From Eutreptiella sp. 'Long Island Sound 2002' (Eukaryota; Protista; Euglenida), in contig OZ038378.1 in NCBI GenBank assembly GCA_964036045.1, positions 71,052,001 to 71,116,000 of the forward strand: 64,000 bases of DNA. The letters are read 5' to 3'. Position numbers and translations under genes: made by a program. Shown in pieces: positions 11,751 to 25,326 of the stretch. Below the pieces are notes generated by a model. That model worked only from the letters and a program-made list of their open reading frames with translations, made no database searches and was not told the DNA's origin. The number at the start of each line of letters is the position of its first letter. Position 1 is the stretch's first letter.

Positions 11751-14700
11751 AAAAAACAAGGGGATGTCAGATGAGGCAGCGGACGCGGCCGCCCTTACTT
11801 GATTACTTACTCAGGACTCGCGTGGTGGATATGGACATGGTGCGCCCTTCGAAGGACCTGTGGGGACTCTCCCCCAGTCTGCCGCCTTGGGGAGACTGGG
11901 CGGTCTTGACGGATCCCTTTGGCCGCTCCCGACCCGGAGGACCACCCCGGTCGTTGCGTGACGGCTAAGTTGGCTGTGTATGCCACTGCCACTGTGTTGG
12001 TGACCGTCCCAGCTGGCATGCGGTACGCCTGGTATTGGTTAACGGTTTCTTTGGATGGCAAACAATCGCCGCCAGGACCAGGGACTTGATACTTTATACG
12101 TTAGCGGCTTTTGCATCCATTTACAGGTCACACGTGTCAGTTTTTGACGAGATTTCATTCTTTTTCGGGGAGTGTTTACCGTTTATGTGGGGTGTTGGGG
12201 TCATGTGGAGATCCTGACCCAAGTGGGTGCCTAAGGAGGGAAGCTCCCCCCCCCCCAAGCGGTTTTCCTGGGTACCCGCTGCCATACTTGGCTGTGACCG
12301 AGCCCTCCCCATGGTTTGCCCTAAGGAGGGGGTTGAAGCGGTACCCGAGACCCCATGGTCCATAAAGCAAATATCTGTCCTTCCCCGTCACCCAGGTTTA
12401 TTTCCCGTGCTGCCTGTCGGGATATGTGTTCCCCAGCCCATTGGGAACCAGCATGGGACCGCTCCCGTCCCTAACCTTCTGAATCGATTCAATCGATCTG
12501 GAATTTTCATAATTTCAATTCGATGATCGAATCTGGCGGGAAATCGATTAAAACGGATTATTCTGAACCAAATTTTAGCCGCCATGAAAATGCCGCCTGC
12601 CGTCACCTGCGCGCACTTCGGCGTTGTCTGTCCGTGGCGAGTTTCATTTTGACCTTTTCTCCTGTACCTTCGAGGTTGGAAAGGACGTTAAGTGCTGGGT
12701 CTGTACTGTTTGTCATGTACTTTCATCTGGCCTATTCACCAGAATTTTCGCCGTTGAGTTTGGGAAAAAATCGACGCACAAGGTTTCTTGCCAAGCGACT
12801 GAACTCCTGGTTCTCGTCGACCATGAGTTTATAGGGAACTCTACATCTCCCCCCTTTGCCTTCCTCTCATGCCCCTTTCACATGGGCATATCGCTTCCTT
12901 TGGGGAGGCGGCTTACAGCGGTATTTTGGAACACACATGGGTGCGAAAAACCCATGTCAGAATCGTGCAAAAACACTAACTTTGTGTATTTGTGAGCATG
13001 AACGTAAATAACACAACATAATGCTCACAAGATCAAAAGCCGGAGGCTATTTTTGATTTTGAAGCGAACTCAAAGATGGCTCCAAGGAATTTGAAAAGAA
13101 TGATCGTCCAAAAAGACAACCCTTCCTCTAAAATCTGGCCAAAAAGTGCCGTGGTACCAAGGCTTGTTCTGGGAGCCAATGGCGATATGAGCCTCAAAGC
13201 AAGGCAATATCGGAAGTAGAGAGCATAGAAAGATTTTGCATAGCGTGTTTGAGCTTTCCAAGCTTATCCACTATTTTACATAACATTGCCTTGTGAGCAC
13301 GCGCGCCAATTCTGCCTTTTACACACGTGCCCATATGCATGCATGATTAACTTGGGATCCAAGGGAGGACTCGATCCATAGTAAGTATGTTTGTAAACAT
13401 GTACAATTGGTCCTTGAATTTGGGTAGATGCCATATTATATGGACCTGGGTGTCCCATGGGTATATATGTCCGGAACAAATTCCAGTTTTTTCGCCATTT
13501 CTACCACTGTTTCTGTGCTGGAATTGCGGAAGTGTTAAAAATGGTTTTCTTGCGCTTCTTACCCGAACAAATATTGATAAAGGGACCTAAGGCTTCGGGC
13601 TGCTTCCATGCAAACGACTAAAGTCCATGTCCCTTTAGAACCGGAGATACAATTTTTGGAGAAAACACCTTTGGGATGACTAACCCTCTTTTGGGCCACA
13701 ATGGCAACTAACCCCATCTCCCCCTTAAATTTTGCCCCGGGGTTGTGTGTGCCCGATATCCAAGATGAAGGGCGATTTGGAAAGGGGACATAAACCCGCC
13801 TCGAAAGGGGTGTGTCCCCGTGTATCCTCACCTTGGGATGAAAGAACCATGGGTGGCCCAATATGGGCTATGTTGCTGCTTGCCAATTTTTGTGTACCAT
13901 TTTCCCCCCTAAAGGACAAATGGCTAGAGGGAACCTCGCAGGTTGGCCAGGGGCATGTATTGGGACCTAGGTCCCATGTGTGTACAGCAATTTTGGTTGG
14001 AGTATTGCTCGCCGAAGCCCTGGAGATATAGGATCATGACTCTGTGCTCTTTCGGCTAATTTTCGCTATTTTTACCATTTGAGGCCAAGGCAAGAACACC
14101 ATATCTCCATTGGGTAAGGGACCTAGCCAGCGGGGAAGTGCAATTCTTGTAGCATATGACCAGGTTCTTGTATTTGGTCCTCCGGCCTAGCCGGAGATAT
14201 GCAACTTACGGTGTGCGCCACGTTGCCAAATTTTGCCCTTCTTGCTGTTTTCTGCCCCGTCGCGTGACCATCCCCTCGGGGAACAGTCAGCAGCTATCAT
14301 GACAGCAAGACACACCCTGATGCACGGGTGCGAAGAGAATATCAAGGCCGGTGAATCAATGCTTTGCTTGAGGGATCTCTTTGAAAATCCAACCCTGTGC
14401 GGCCGCCCATGATGGCTGCTTTTTGCCTATTTTGGCATCCCGACGCCACGTGGCGACCCCGTGGCGCCAAGATGCCAAGGAAACTAGCGGACCCAAGCCG
14501 CATAGGGCCTTCGGAGGGTTTGTACTCGAAGGATGCGTGGTCAGTTGGTTCGTCCCTGCCCTCGTATGGCCCGGCTGACGGGTCAATTTGGAACTTTTTT
14601 GGGCCAAAGTCAGGATAGGGTGAAACAGCCCATTATCAGCCTGCAAGTCCTAGGGGATAATGGCGGGGCCATATCTTCGGCTCAGAGTGGAGACTGGACC

Positions 14701-15099
14701 TGCCATCATAGGAGCATAAGGAACGAGAAACAGGTCGCCTGTGAGTGCATTGGCTCCCAGGTAGGCGCCCGTGGCTGGTCAAAACACCCCTCCCTTCGCA
14801 GAGTTCTAGGGTTCAGTCTGGGCAGGTTTGTGGTATGTGTCTGAACCCCCGTACCTGCACGCCACGGGGACGTGGGACCTAAGGATAGGATATGGTTGGC
14901 AACTGTGTGTCTTATGCCCTGATGCGCCCTTACCCTTGTTTTATCGCTTAACCCACCTCTGTACATACCCTGATGTGTTGTTGTACATACTTTTGTTTTG
15001 TTTTACAGTGGCAAGGATCCTAGAATGGTCTCTTCTATGAGCGCAGTGCTTTGCCTGCCTGCTTGCTTGCGTGTCCGCGGCAGCGGCCGAGGGCCAGGC

Positions 15100-16450
15100 C
15101 CCCCGACGGGAACACCCTACTGGCGCCCACTCACAGTCCAACCAAGGCCCACATGCCCACAGCCCATCGGTAAGGACTCTCAGAGCAAAACCAGGGCATA
15201 TCCAAAGCCACAGACAAAACAACAACAAACCCGAGACTTTTTCCTATCCTACAACCGTCGTTGTCATACTCAAATTTCACATTGCACTCATTGAGCCTAT
15301 ATTCTACCATATATGCGTCAATCAAAAAAAAGAAAAGGGAACCACTCGCTCATAATAGAGAGCTGAACAGCCAGTACAAACTACACTCCAGTTCAACGCA
15401 GTCAGGACCCGTGAGCGAAGTGCCACATCCACCAAGACCATCTCGTGCGAAGTAAACTTCAGGAACACGCCTCCAGCGAGCAGCAAAGGCCGCTGCCACA
15501 AAGACGCTGTCTTCACTGGTAGGAGCCTTCTTAGTCGAGGTCACAGTCACTCAGGGCACGCATTGCGCCAGCTTGCTTGCGCTGCGCCGACGCTGTCTAG
15601 CCGCAGCGGCTGATTTTGTAACCCTTTTGAACGTCGAACAGATTTCTCCACAGACAGCAACTTCATCACTTCGCGTTGCCCCCCAAACTCCCACGTATGA
15701 CGAGCAGCTTCTCCAGTAGCATCAGCAACGTCAGCAGCCGGACCATAGAACACGCCGTGCACGCTAAGCGAGGCCCAGTCATGGCGTAACAGGGCTTTGT
15801 CCACCTCACTGACACACACTGTATTGGCCTGACACGACAACTCTCGCAAGCAGTATTGTTTTTCAGGCCACAAATCATGCGCAACCAAGGGTGGCTTGAG
15901 AGTTTTACACCCAGTTCCACAACGATGGCTCCTCGAGCACAAAGCAACACAGCCTAGAACTGCAAGAATCAATGTCTTCAAGCGCGTACCCCCGTAGCAG
16001 GCGCCTTAACTGTTCTCGAAGGTCACGCACAATCTTTGTGTTCCGGCCAGGTACATTCAGTCTCAGGCCCTCGCAGAAGACAGAACAAAGAGGAGCAGCA
16101 CCCAGCAGGCGGAGCTGAAAGACCTCATACACCAGTACATCCACCGGCGCACGCCAGTCATCCTGAAGGAGCAGCTCCTGAAGGGACTCACAACCAAGAT
16201 CCGCCAAAAGGTTGTTGTCCGACAGCCGCCTCTCCGAGTGAACCCGGTCTTTGAAGGGCCCAGTGGCCGGCAACCACAACAGCAGCCACATTTGGCCCAA
16301 CTGTGCAGCGCAAAAGGAATAGGTTGCTATGCAGCACACTACGCCCAGCGTGTAGCGCCGTTGAGGCGCTGTTAACGGTTCCGCTATGCCAAAACACCCG
16401 TCAGTGCCATCACTGTCTTAGGGCAGGTTGATGCGACGCAGGTTAGTAGG
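15100..16450 (-). pseudogene. Decayed ORF of unknown identity
   Basis: Successive overlapping minus-strand frames (15905-16339, 15547-15981, 15350-15550, 15131-15325) give protein-like text; no motif recognised with confidence. Confidence 0.35.
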
Positions 16451-16881
16451 TTGTAATATGATCCAACTTGATCCCGACCAAGGTCTAAACCTTGACCCTT
16501 GTTCCCATGGACACCGAGGCACAGGCACTGATCCAAATGAGTGGTAATATTTCAGATCTATAGACGTGGTCTACAAACATGCCTGTGCAAAACACAGCAA
16601 ACAGTCCAAAACATGCCGAAAAAAAAACAAAACACTCAGAATACTATAAACCCTAGAAACATTATACAGTCTGCAGATTTGATGTAAGTTTTCTTCCAAC
16701 CGAAATTTCAATGCTACGCACTTAAATTGCGATGCGTGGCTGCCATCTGGCATTTTCCGTCCGCGAATTCCGCGGGCCATTCAGCAGCCCATAATATATA
16801 AAAATGCATAATCTACAATAAAACCAGAAACAAAATATGGAAAGGTACGTTGTACATTTGTGGACCTATTACAGTGTAGTT

Positions 16882-17170
16882 CCCCGCCATTCCTGGTTGG
16901 GGCCTGCTGCTGGTGTTGGTGGAGTGGTCCCTGGCAGATCCTGGTGGAGGGCCGTGTGGCTGCTGTTCCCCGCCTATCCCGGCTGGGGCCTTCTGCTGCC
17001 TCTTGTAGAGCGGTTCCTCGCCATTCCTAGCAGAGGGTCCTGTGGGTGCGGTACCCTCCTTCTCCTGGCCTGGGCGCGCTGCTGGTGGTGGTGGCGTGGT
17101 TGGTCCCTAACCAATCCTGGCGGAGGGTCCTATGGTTGCCATTCCCCACCATTCCTGGCTGGGGTCTGCC
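16882..17170 (+). repeat. Satellite family A (CCCGCCATTCCTGGCTGGGGCCTGCTGCTGG units), short array
   Basis: Same unit as the arrays at 39790-40420, 41540-41772, 42540-43370, 47330-48160 and 50545-51360. Confidence 0.85.
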
Positions 17171-17599
17171 TCTGGAAGGCAGTGAGTTGACTCCCAGCCG
17201 TTCATCGGCTTCGATGAGACCACGCACAAAGCGGGTCGATCCCAATTTCATTCGGGCAAGAAAGACCTGCTGGTCTGCACGGTTTTTTTAGTAGGGGCCA
17301 GTGATATGCTTCTTTTGAGCTCTGCTCTTTTTTGGGCTTTGGGGTTGACACAGAGGGTGATTGAACCTTCGAGAACAAATTCTTGCACGAGCGATACTGA
17401 GTCTGAACCCATTTAGACTCCGCGGAACACATTGCCTTGATAGCTGGGGTCGGAGACTTGTTTGAATGCGTCCCATGGGCCGAAAAGGCCCGCGATGACT
17501 TGCGCGTGAAGCGGGCGCTCGGTGACAGGAACTCTTACCACACATTTTCAGCAGGTGGAGTGGCCGAGGTGTTGGTGTTTATCAGTTTGGAAGAATGAA

Positions 17600-19514
17600 C
17601 GGATGCTTAGGGTGTTGTGGTGATTGACTGCGCCCAGAATCTGACTAGTTGAGCCTCCGGTCGGTAAAAAAGAATCAGGCCATCGTTGTTGAAGAGTTGC
17701 CATGAAAGCGATTGGACTGGGTTGCGGCCCTCATTGCACGGTATATTGGCTGGGTCGAGTTTCGCAACAAAGGACATTTTGTTGCGCAAAGTGTACCCTT
17801 TCATGTAGACCCTCCTTTTCCTCTTTTGCGTTTCCTTTTTCCCCGGCTGTCTGCGGCTATCTGTCCCCCCCCCCCCTGCGCGGTGTTTGTTTTGTCGGTC
17901 TGCTCAAACCGTTGCTCGGCTCTCCTTGTGCTCCTGCGTTGCCGTGTCCTTTGCTGCGTGTCATGGGCTGCTGTTGTTGGTGCGCGCGGTGCGGTGTTCT
18001 TTGGAGCCGCTTTTGGTATATTGTTCTGTGTTGTACCGTGCTGATGGTTGCTGCTGTGTGTTGTGCCGCGTTTCTGGTCGTGTCGTCCCGCTGGATTGCT
18101 CGGGTTATCGCTTGATGTCTCGTTTTTGTCTGCGTTGCTGTGTGCTCTGCTGTGTCCCTGTGTGCTCTGCTGTGTGCCTGGGTGCTGTGCTGCTGTGCCG
18201 CGTTGCTGCGCGTTGTTCTGCCCGGCGTTGTGCTGTTGTACGCTGAGTTGTTTTGTCTCGATCTGTTTGGTGCCGCTGCTTCCTGTGTCGCGCCTTCGCG
18301 CGCTGCCTGTTGCCCCGTGGTCCTGTGCCTTCCTGCGCTGTGTTTTGTCGTGTTTCTATGCGCTGTGTGGTCTGTCCTCTGTGTGTTTTGCCGTGGTGTG
18401 TCGGTGCGTGCTGTTGTTTGTCCCTGTGCTTTGTGTTGTGTGTGTCCTCGTGTGTTGTGCTGTGTGTTCCCTTTCCTCTCTGCTCTGTGCGGTGCTGTGC
18501 TGCGCTGTGCTGGTGCGCTTGCGTCGTGCTGCTCATATAATCTGTGCTATTTCCGGCGCTCTGTGCTGTGGTGCTTTCCCGTATTGCTGTGCTGTTCGCT
18601 ATGGTGTTCTGTGGTGCGGTGTTGAGCTTCGCTGTTGGGTGCGTGTTGTGCCGTGCTGCTGCGCGCTGTGCTGTGTCGTCGTGCGGCCTGTCGTGTTTTG
18701 CTGCAGCCTTTGGCGTGTGTATCCCTGGGTTGCGCGTGGCTGGCTGCCCTGCTGTGTGGTGCACGTTATTGTGTGGCCCTGCTATCCCTTGTACCCTGCT
18801 GTCCCCCTTCGTGCTGTGCTTCCGTGTGGTGCCTTGCTCCCCTGTCCTGCTGCCCTGTTTGGCTTGTTGCCTGTGTTTGTTTGCTTGCACCTCCTTTAAA
18901 AACCACTGCAAAGTTCGTCAAACTTTTTATGGCTTTTGAAAATAAAATGAAAATCTACGCTACCGAACGCATGCACGCAGGCAGGCAGCAAGACCATTCC
19001 TGTATCGCTGTCTTACTGGTTACCCTGTGACCTCGATGGTGGCGTTGTCGATGATGCTGTCATCTCTGTTGTCTTCTCTTGAGTTTGACTCCACCTGAGC
19101 CTTGACTTGTTGCCTGCTCCCGCCTGCAGCGGGACGGAGGGCTAAAACGGCGAAACTGGGGCGGAAAGAGGAAAGGGAGGTACATGATGAAGAAAGCAAA
19201 GCGAGAGAGTGCGAGACCAGAGGCGTGGCGTCTGAGAAAATTGTTTTCGGTCTTTACGCGCTCTTCGTGAAGCGTTTTTCTTTACCTATACGGCACCCAC
19301 AGCGATCGATGCTTGCGGTGTTTTGGTGGTTGAACGTGCCCCTAATCTGACCAGTTGCGCCTCTGTTCCGTAGAAAAAAAAGAGGCCATCGTTTTTGAAG
19401 AGTTGCCATGAAATCAATTGGACATGGTTGCGGCCGCATTGCACGGTACATCGGATGGGCCGAGGTGTGCAAGAAAGGACATTTTGTTGCGAAAATGTGG
19501 ACCCTTTCATGTAG
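17600..19514 (+). repeat. Diverged direct repeat of about 210 bp (17600-17808 and 19303-19514)
   Basis: Shared GGCCATCGTT.TTGAAGAGTTGCCATGAAA...ATTGCACGGTA.AT.GG.TGGG...AAAGGACATTTTGTTGCG...CCCTTTCATGTAG; both copies end at CATGTAG. Confidence 0.85.
17810..19030. repeat. (GCTGT/TGTGC)-rich degenerate microsatellite-type interspersed repeat
   Basis: About 1.1 kb of GT/GCT-rich low complexity sequence with a non-repetitive tail (18890-19030). The long Cys/Val/Leu or Gln/His/Thr ORFs here are compositional. Confidence 0.8.
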
Positions 19515-19559
19515 GTATCAGGCGGTTTTCTGTAGTTGGACGTTTGGATCACGGAGAGG

Positions 19560-20190
19560 CATTCTTGTCAGTCCATGTGCAGTGATTCCTGGAAGCTTTC
19601 TCTACTTGCTTGAATTTGGTATAATTCTGCTTTGTCAAGATCGTTAGGATCCATGGCTGTAAGGAATCTGTCGCATGCCCATTGAGCGCTAAGGATCACA
19701 TTGAGGAGTGCCTTTCCTTTTGTGTGGGGTGAGGACCACTCGAACCACAAAAAAGAGTGAGGGGGGGTTTTGCGTATGACCCTGCCCCCCAGCGGAAACG
19801 TTGCTGCGGTTGAGTTGAGACTTATCTCTTTCTGACATGGAGCAAATGTGCGGGTAATGAATTTTTGGAATGCAGGGATGTAGGTTACAAGCTTTTTGAA
19901 ATGCTGGGGTCGGTGCTTTGTTTGACGCCATGTCTTGAAGCATGTGGTCTTTATACATTTGAGACAAAATGTCACAATGCACATCAAAGCAGATATTCAT
20001 CGTGGCTTCTTGAATGGCTTTACCTAGTTTGATTGTATCTAATGCCCATTGGACATTGGGGCCACCGGAATATCGATCAAAAAACTCAAACGGGTCGTTT
20101 ACCCAGTGATTGGATGATACACCTAGGATTTTATGGGGTCCAAAAATCCCCAAACCAGCTACAGTCAGAAATACTACTTTTTTTGTCAAA
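19560..20190 (-). pseudogene. Decayed ORF of unknown identity (possibly TE-derived)
   Basis: Overlapping frames 19689-20189 and 19568-19987 give protein-like text (FLWFEWSSPHTKGKALLNVILSAQWACDRFLTAMDP); no family recognised. Confidence 0.3.
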
Positions 20191-20544
20191 TTATACCATA
20201 AAGAGCATATTTTCCGGAGTTAGCCCCGCCCCCCCCAGCCTCCAAATTGGAAATTTTCCAGCCCCTAGATCGACAATGCAGGCTTGATTCCATCCAAAAT
20301 GGGCCGTATCCGAGAAATATGAAATTATCCACCTAGTTGCGAATAGCAGCTTTTGTATAGCTCAAACCATACATGTTTGTTTTTGGCAAGAAATACGGTT
20401 TTTTGGTGATGGCGGCTCCAAACACTCCATGAGGTGCTCCAAAACCTTGCAAAACACGTGTTTCTGAGTCCACCACACTCAAAGTAGGGTATGGGGCCCT
20501 ACAACTGACCACTCATGCCCCAACTTTAATCAACATGTATGTGT

Positions 20545-21320
20545 TCAAAAGTGCGAATATAGCTGTTTTGGGCGTTCTTTGGCAGACTCCGGATTATTAT
20601 TTTGGGTAAAGGGCATACACGGGCACAAATCATTGCTTGCCAAGCCTCACCTAGCACTAGGGACACATTTCATCAATTTGAAATCACATGAAAGCGCGAC
20701 CGTATCACTTTAATCAGCATCATTGTGGTCAAAAGTGCAAATATAGCCGTTTGGGGCCTTTTTTGGCACCCTCCGGGCCATAACCTTGAGTAAAGGGCAT
20801 GCACGGTCACAAATTGTTGCTTGCCAAGCCTCACGTAGCACAGCCGACAAAGGTGATCAATTTGAAATCACACGAATGCACGGCCGTATCATTTTAATCA
20901 ACATTACTGTGTTCAAAAGTGCAAATATAGCTGTTTTGGGCGTTTTTTGGCACCCTCCGGATTATTATCTTGGGTAAAGGGCATGCACGGGCACAAATCA
21001 TTGCTTGTCTAGCCTCACAGGGCACTAGGGACAAACTTGATCAATTTGAAATCTCGTGACACCACAAGGACATCATCGAAATGACCGTTTATGGCCCAAA
21101 AGTGGCAAAAACGGGCAAAAATGGTCGTATTTTGGGTTTATCTGGAATTCCGGTAAGCCAATCGACGTGGTTTCAATACAGCAACTGGATGATGTCGTAT
21201 GTTACCGATTGCGCTATCAAAACGGGGCAGATGCGCACAGATTTGGCACAAATCACCAAAACGTCGGCAAAATTGGGTTGCGGCGGGCCGTAAATCGCGA
21301 TCGCAGCAGTTTATGGACGG
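20545..21320 (+). repeat. Family C: three about 184-bp tandem units plus a unique flank
   Basis: AAAAGTGC(A/G)AATATAGC(T/C)GTTT at about 20547, 20731 and 20916; GGGTAAAGGGCAT.CACGG and ATCAATTTGAAATC recur. A homologous inverted copy lies at 27099-27830. Confidence 0.85.
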
Positions 21321-21576
21321 TTCAGTTACGGGATTCCGGTACCTCAAAAAAAAACTGGGTGACATGCAATGAGACCCAGGGGCACAGGGTCCTCTGTGGG
21401 AAATTCCTAATTTCAGGTTGACAGACTACAATAAAATCTTTTCCTGAATTTTTCCGATATCACTGATTTCTGCCCACGTATTAGGTATCACTCAATCAGC
21501 AATTTCCTGGCGCACACGCTGATCATAATTTCAACAACAGCTGCCCAAGAAATCCATCATCGGCAAAGATTGCACC

Positions 21577-23849
21577 ATGCCAAAAGCCGCAGATCCGGGC
21601 AAGTCTGTCGCCAATCGCGTGGCGCAATTTGAGAAAAGCGACCAACAGCTGAGGGATCACAGACGCAACGCGGCTCTTCGGGAAAGCAGAACAGATGAAA
21701 AAGGAAAGGAGAATGATCAACAACCCCAAACTGCAAAGTCAAATCAGAAAACAAACTCCCAGAAAAACACTCCAGACGTATTTCCAAGCCAGAATGCAAG
21801 TTCAAGCCCAAACGGCAAATCCAAACGCCACAAGACAAAATGGATTCAAAAAACCAACCCGCAACCAAACCGTGAAACGAAGGAGGCAGTCAACGACGAC
21901 ACCATCATCAACACCCAACTTCATTACAATGAGAAGCCAACGGTGGATTATGCCAAACTTTCAGAAAAGCGCAACAAGAGTTCCACTTTCATCCCTATGG
22001 AAGACTTAGAAACCCACCAAACCACCAACGTTGTTGTGAACGACCCCAACGCCAACTCTCCATCCCAACTTCACCAAGACCTTCAAGACGAAAAAGTTCC
22101 GGAAGTCTATCAATTCCAATCTCAAGACAACCGTGTATACTCCGACTACATCACCATGTTACCAATCGAGGACATCATCGCCCAACTTCACAAACAACCT
22201 CACGAAATAGATTTTGGGGGCACCGACTACCAACACTATTTCAACAAGAAGTACAAGTATTCCGCCCCATATTCAACGGAAGACCATGCACGAGCCATCA
22301 AAAACGCAAAACTGGTCACTCCCCAAAATATCACAACCCTCAACATCATGGCCAACCTCTACAAGTCCCAAACAAGAACCTTCATCTTCACCCCCACCAC
22401 AAATTACGACTTCAACAAGGACGCCTTGCACAACACAACCGCTCACGTAAACGTGTTGCTCAATGCCTTAGCGTCGCTTGCGCGTGCTAAAGTACATGTA
22501 AGGGGTACGCTAATTCTTTTGGTATCGGACCCGAGGGTGTGTGAAGCCACTAACGGGAGTTGGGATTACTCTCAAGCTTATGCCAAAGCAAGGAGGTTTA
22601 TGGGTGACCAAAAAATCTCCCAAAACTTTGTTCCTTTGAATATGATCCTCAAGAATTATCAAAAACCTTTTGACACTTGCTCCGCCCCACACCTGGAGGG
22701 ATATACTATGGTTACTTTGGAAAACCTTTGCGAGTTCCAATACAGACCGCCCAAAATCTCTCCTATTTCACCGGGCCATGACCTTGCACATGCCGAGGCT
22801 TTTATCTCTCCGCAACAAGAAGCCCATCACACACCAGCAATAACCGATTATGTCAGAATTGACAATTCGCGAGACCTCGAAGTCCTCACCGAGGAAGATG
22901 CTTTCCAATTTTTCAACAAATTAATCAAACCCGACCTCCAAGATGCCTCATCCATTACCTCCACCAATTGCGCACACTTCCGCGGTGAGATAGAAAAACG
23001 TGGCTCGCCCATTGGAAGCACCCATACTCGTTTAGACATCGAAACCAACTCAGCCCTCTCCTCCCAAATTGCCAAAACCGTTCAATCCGATTACCCACTA
23101 GACAGGAATCCACTCATTATGGCTTTCCCCCACAACCTCTCCGGCCATAAAAATACTTTCATGATCTCCGCCACAAAAAGCTCCGCTAAAAACGGAGCCA
23201 AACTCGAACCCACGGAGCTTCTAAATCGAGTGGCCTCTCTTGAAAAAATGAATTCTATCCTGCAACTCGCAATTCTACGCACCAAATACTCAGTATTGGT
23301 GCATCTCGATGTCCACTCCATTTCAAGTAACACCGAAACACGAGTTTCAAAACTCAAATGGATGAACGAGCAATGCAAGAAAGCCAGCCTCACCCTTTTC
23401 AATCACGATAACACATATGCAGTTTTGTCCGACGCTCCACTAAGCTACTGGGCTAAACCCCCCTACACACCAACCGACGCCAAATTGGTTGTCATCTGTG
23501 CTCGGCGCTCCAGGAGTTTTAGAGACATCAACAAAGCAACTTCACTTTCTGGTACCTTCACCTCCATCCATCCACTGGAATCCAACCCAAGTGCCAATTC
23601 ACACCAATATTTTGAAGCACTCTTTCAAAACCTGGGATACAGTATCCTAGCACACCAAGAAAAAGTTCAAGGCATCACTTTACATCCGGCTCGCCCAACC
23701 TCTTAAAAAAACAAAACATCATCGATTCAATTGTGGAAGACCATGCCACTTCTAAATGGGAAGCCACACTCTTGGCCACCAAAGATATTGGCTCCGAGAA
23801 ACAACTGCGCTCCATTAAAGAGCGATTGATCGTGGCTAAGCCCCAATGA
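21577..23849 (+). CDS. LINE ORF1-like protein (709 aa open, plus a frameshifted 48-aa tail)
   Basis: Long ORF 21577-23706 with a basic/low-complexity N-terminus, upstream of APE-RT. An alternative frame continues LLKKQNIIDS...VAKPQ* to the TGA at 23847-23849, which overlaps an ATG (ATGA). Confidence 0.75.
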
Positions 23850-25132
23850 CTCCCCACCCACCCATACTCTTTCTCTCATCCAGTTCTCAATGTTCTCACT
23901 ATGTCACTACTCAGAGATACGGATTCCCTTTGTTGTCACTCCTTTCAATACCAACGGTATGACCTGTTTATCGGGCTGCTAGTCCTCGAAGCGATTTCAT
24001 CTAACCATTCACAAAGCATCATCTCGCAAGGTATTGTGCCACGCATCGCACAAAATGCGAACACACTGGAACGTACACTCTCCTCACAATGCTTCCCGCA
24101 TGCCCTGTGGATTTGGTTCACTCATCTCCTGTGTGTCAAGACTTTGATTCATCCAAGCCACGAACGGGTACTCAGTTGCGCGTGCAGTTCCACTCTGCCC
24201 TCTAAATAGCAACCACGTGGCCTGTCTGATTTCTGTCGTGACCGCATGAAGGGTTTAACGTTTTGCAAGTGGTTCCTTCTTGACCCCTCCAGTGGCGGCT
24301 TCCATTCGGGCCACGACCGCCAATACGGCTTCACGTTAGACTCAAGGACTCGTCAAGATCAGGGAATGTCTTGGAAGTGGTCAGTATTTGAAACGTGGAC
24401 CCATCTCTCTCATCATCATGACGCCGTCAATTGATATCCACTCCCACCGGGAGTACCCCAACCACCAAGTTACGCTACTAACATTCACAAAGCACCTAAA
24501 CCTACCACACCAACAGACAACTTAATCCACTCCAAAACACGTTTAACACTCACTACTCATAACACTGCACAAAACATTGACAACCTAGACGCCATTATAC
24601 TACGACACCAACAACAAGGAACCGACATACATTGTTTGCAAGAAATACCTACCAGCCCCTGCTTACATTCACTTTGAAACCTACGCACTTTCACAAACAT
24701 TTCTTCTGACAAATTCAACGGCACAGCGATCATTATCCACTCTTCCCTATCTCCCTTCGTCACGCAACTCAAAAACGACAAGCTCAATGGATGCCTTATT
24801 GCCACTGACCTTACTATACCAGGCTACCACACGCTCCGTATCATTAACGTGTACAAATCACATCACGCTCATCTCCGACACAGGCTAGAGAAAACAATCT
24901 CCGCCCTCCAACAAGACCAGCCGTGCCACATCATGCTTGGCGACTTCAACACATATCTCCAACCTTCTCTAGACACGGCTAACGTCAAACACAATAAATA
25001 CTGGCCTTGGCTCCACAACCAGGTACACCCCACCAATCCCACCACCACACCAACCCTCATTGACCTGTATCGTAAGGACCACCCAGAGACAAAACAGTGG
25101 ATGCGCCCTGCAAACAAAAGGCTCCCGTCTCA
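23846..25132 (+). pseudogene. L-old ORF2 N-terminal part with AP endonuclease (frameshifted)
   Basis: RIINVYKSH (APE Y-containing strand) and HIMLGDFNTYLQPSLD (GDFN). Truncated at the TSD. Confidence 0.8.
25116..25132 (+). repeat. Left target-site duplication of L-young (AAAAGGCTCCCGTCTCA); right copy at 33968-33984
   Basis: Exact 17-nt match at both junctions; the leading As merge with the A-tail on the right. Confidence 0.93.
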
Positions 25133-25326
25133 TGCGACTTGCGCGCGTGTGACTCCGGGCGCTTGACTGACGAGATCAGACCACAGACAGTGCCGTCTAT
25201 CTCATTTCGACTGGACTTTCCTTTTTTCTGTCCATTTTACGTCTTTTAAAGAATTCTCGACATTCTGGCGCATCAGTCGCTTATCGCCGTGTTCTTTATT
25301 TTTTTCCGTGCTACTTACGTGTTTTC

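Noticed and set aside
11750-15100. Possible genes or discrete elements in 12-15 kb
   Set aside because: Only short ORFs and recurrent small motifs (ATCGAT, GGGACCTA); probably non-autonomous repeat debris, but I could not define termini or domains.
18048-18911. 283-aa Cys-rich and 268-aa Gln/His/Thr-rich ORFs
   Set aside because: Translations of a (GCTGT)n-type microsatellite.
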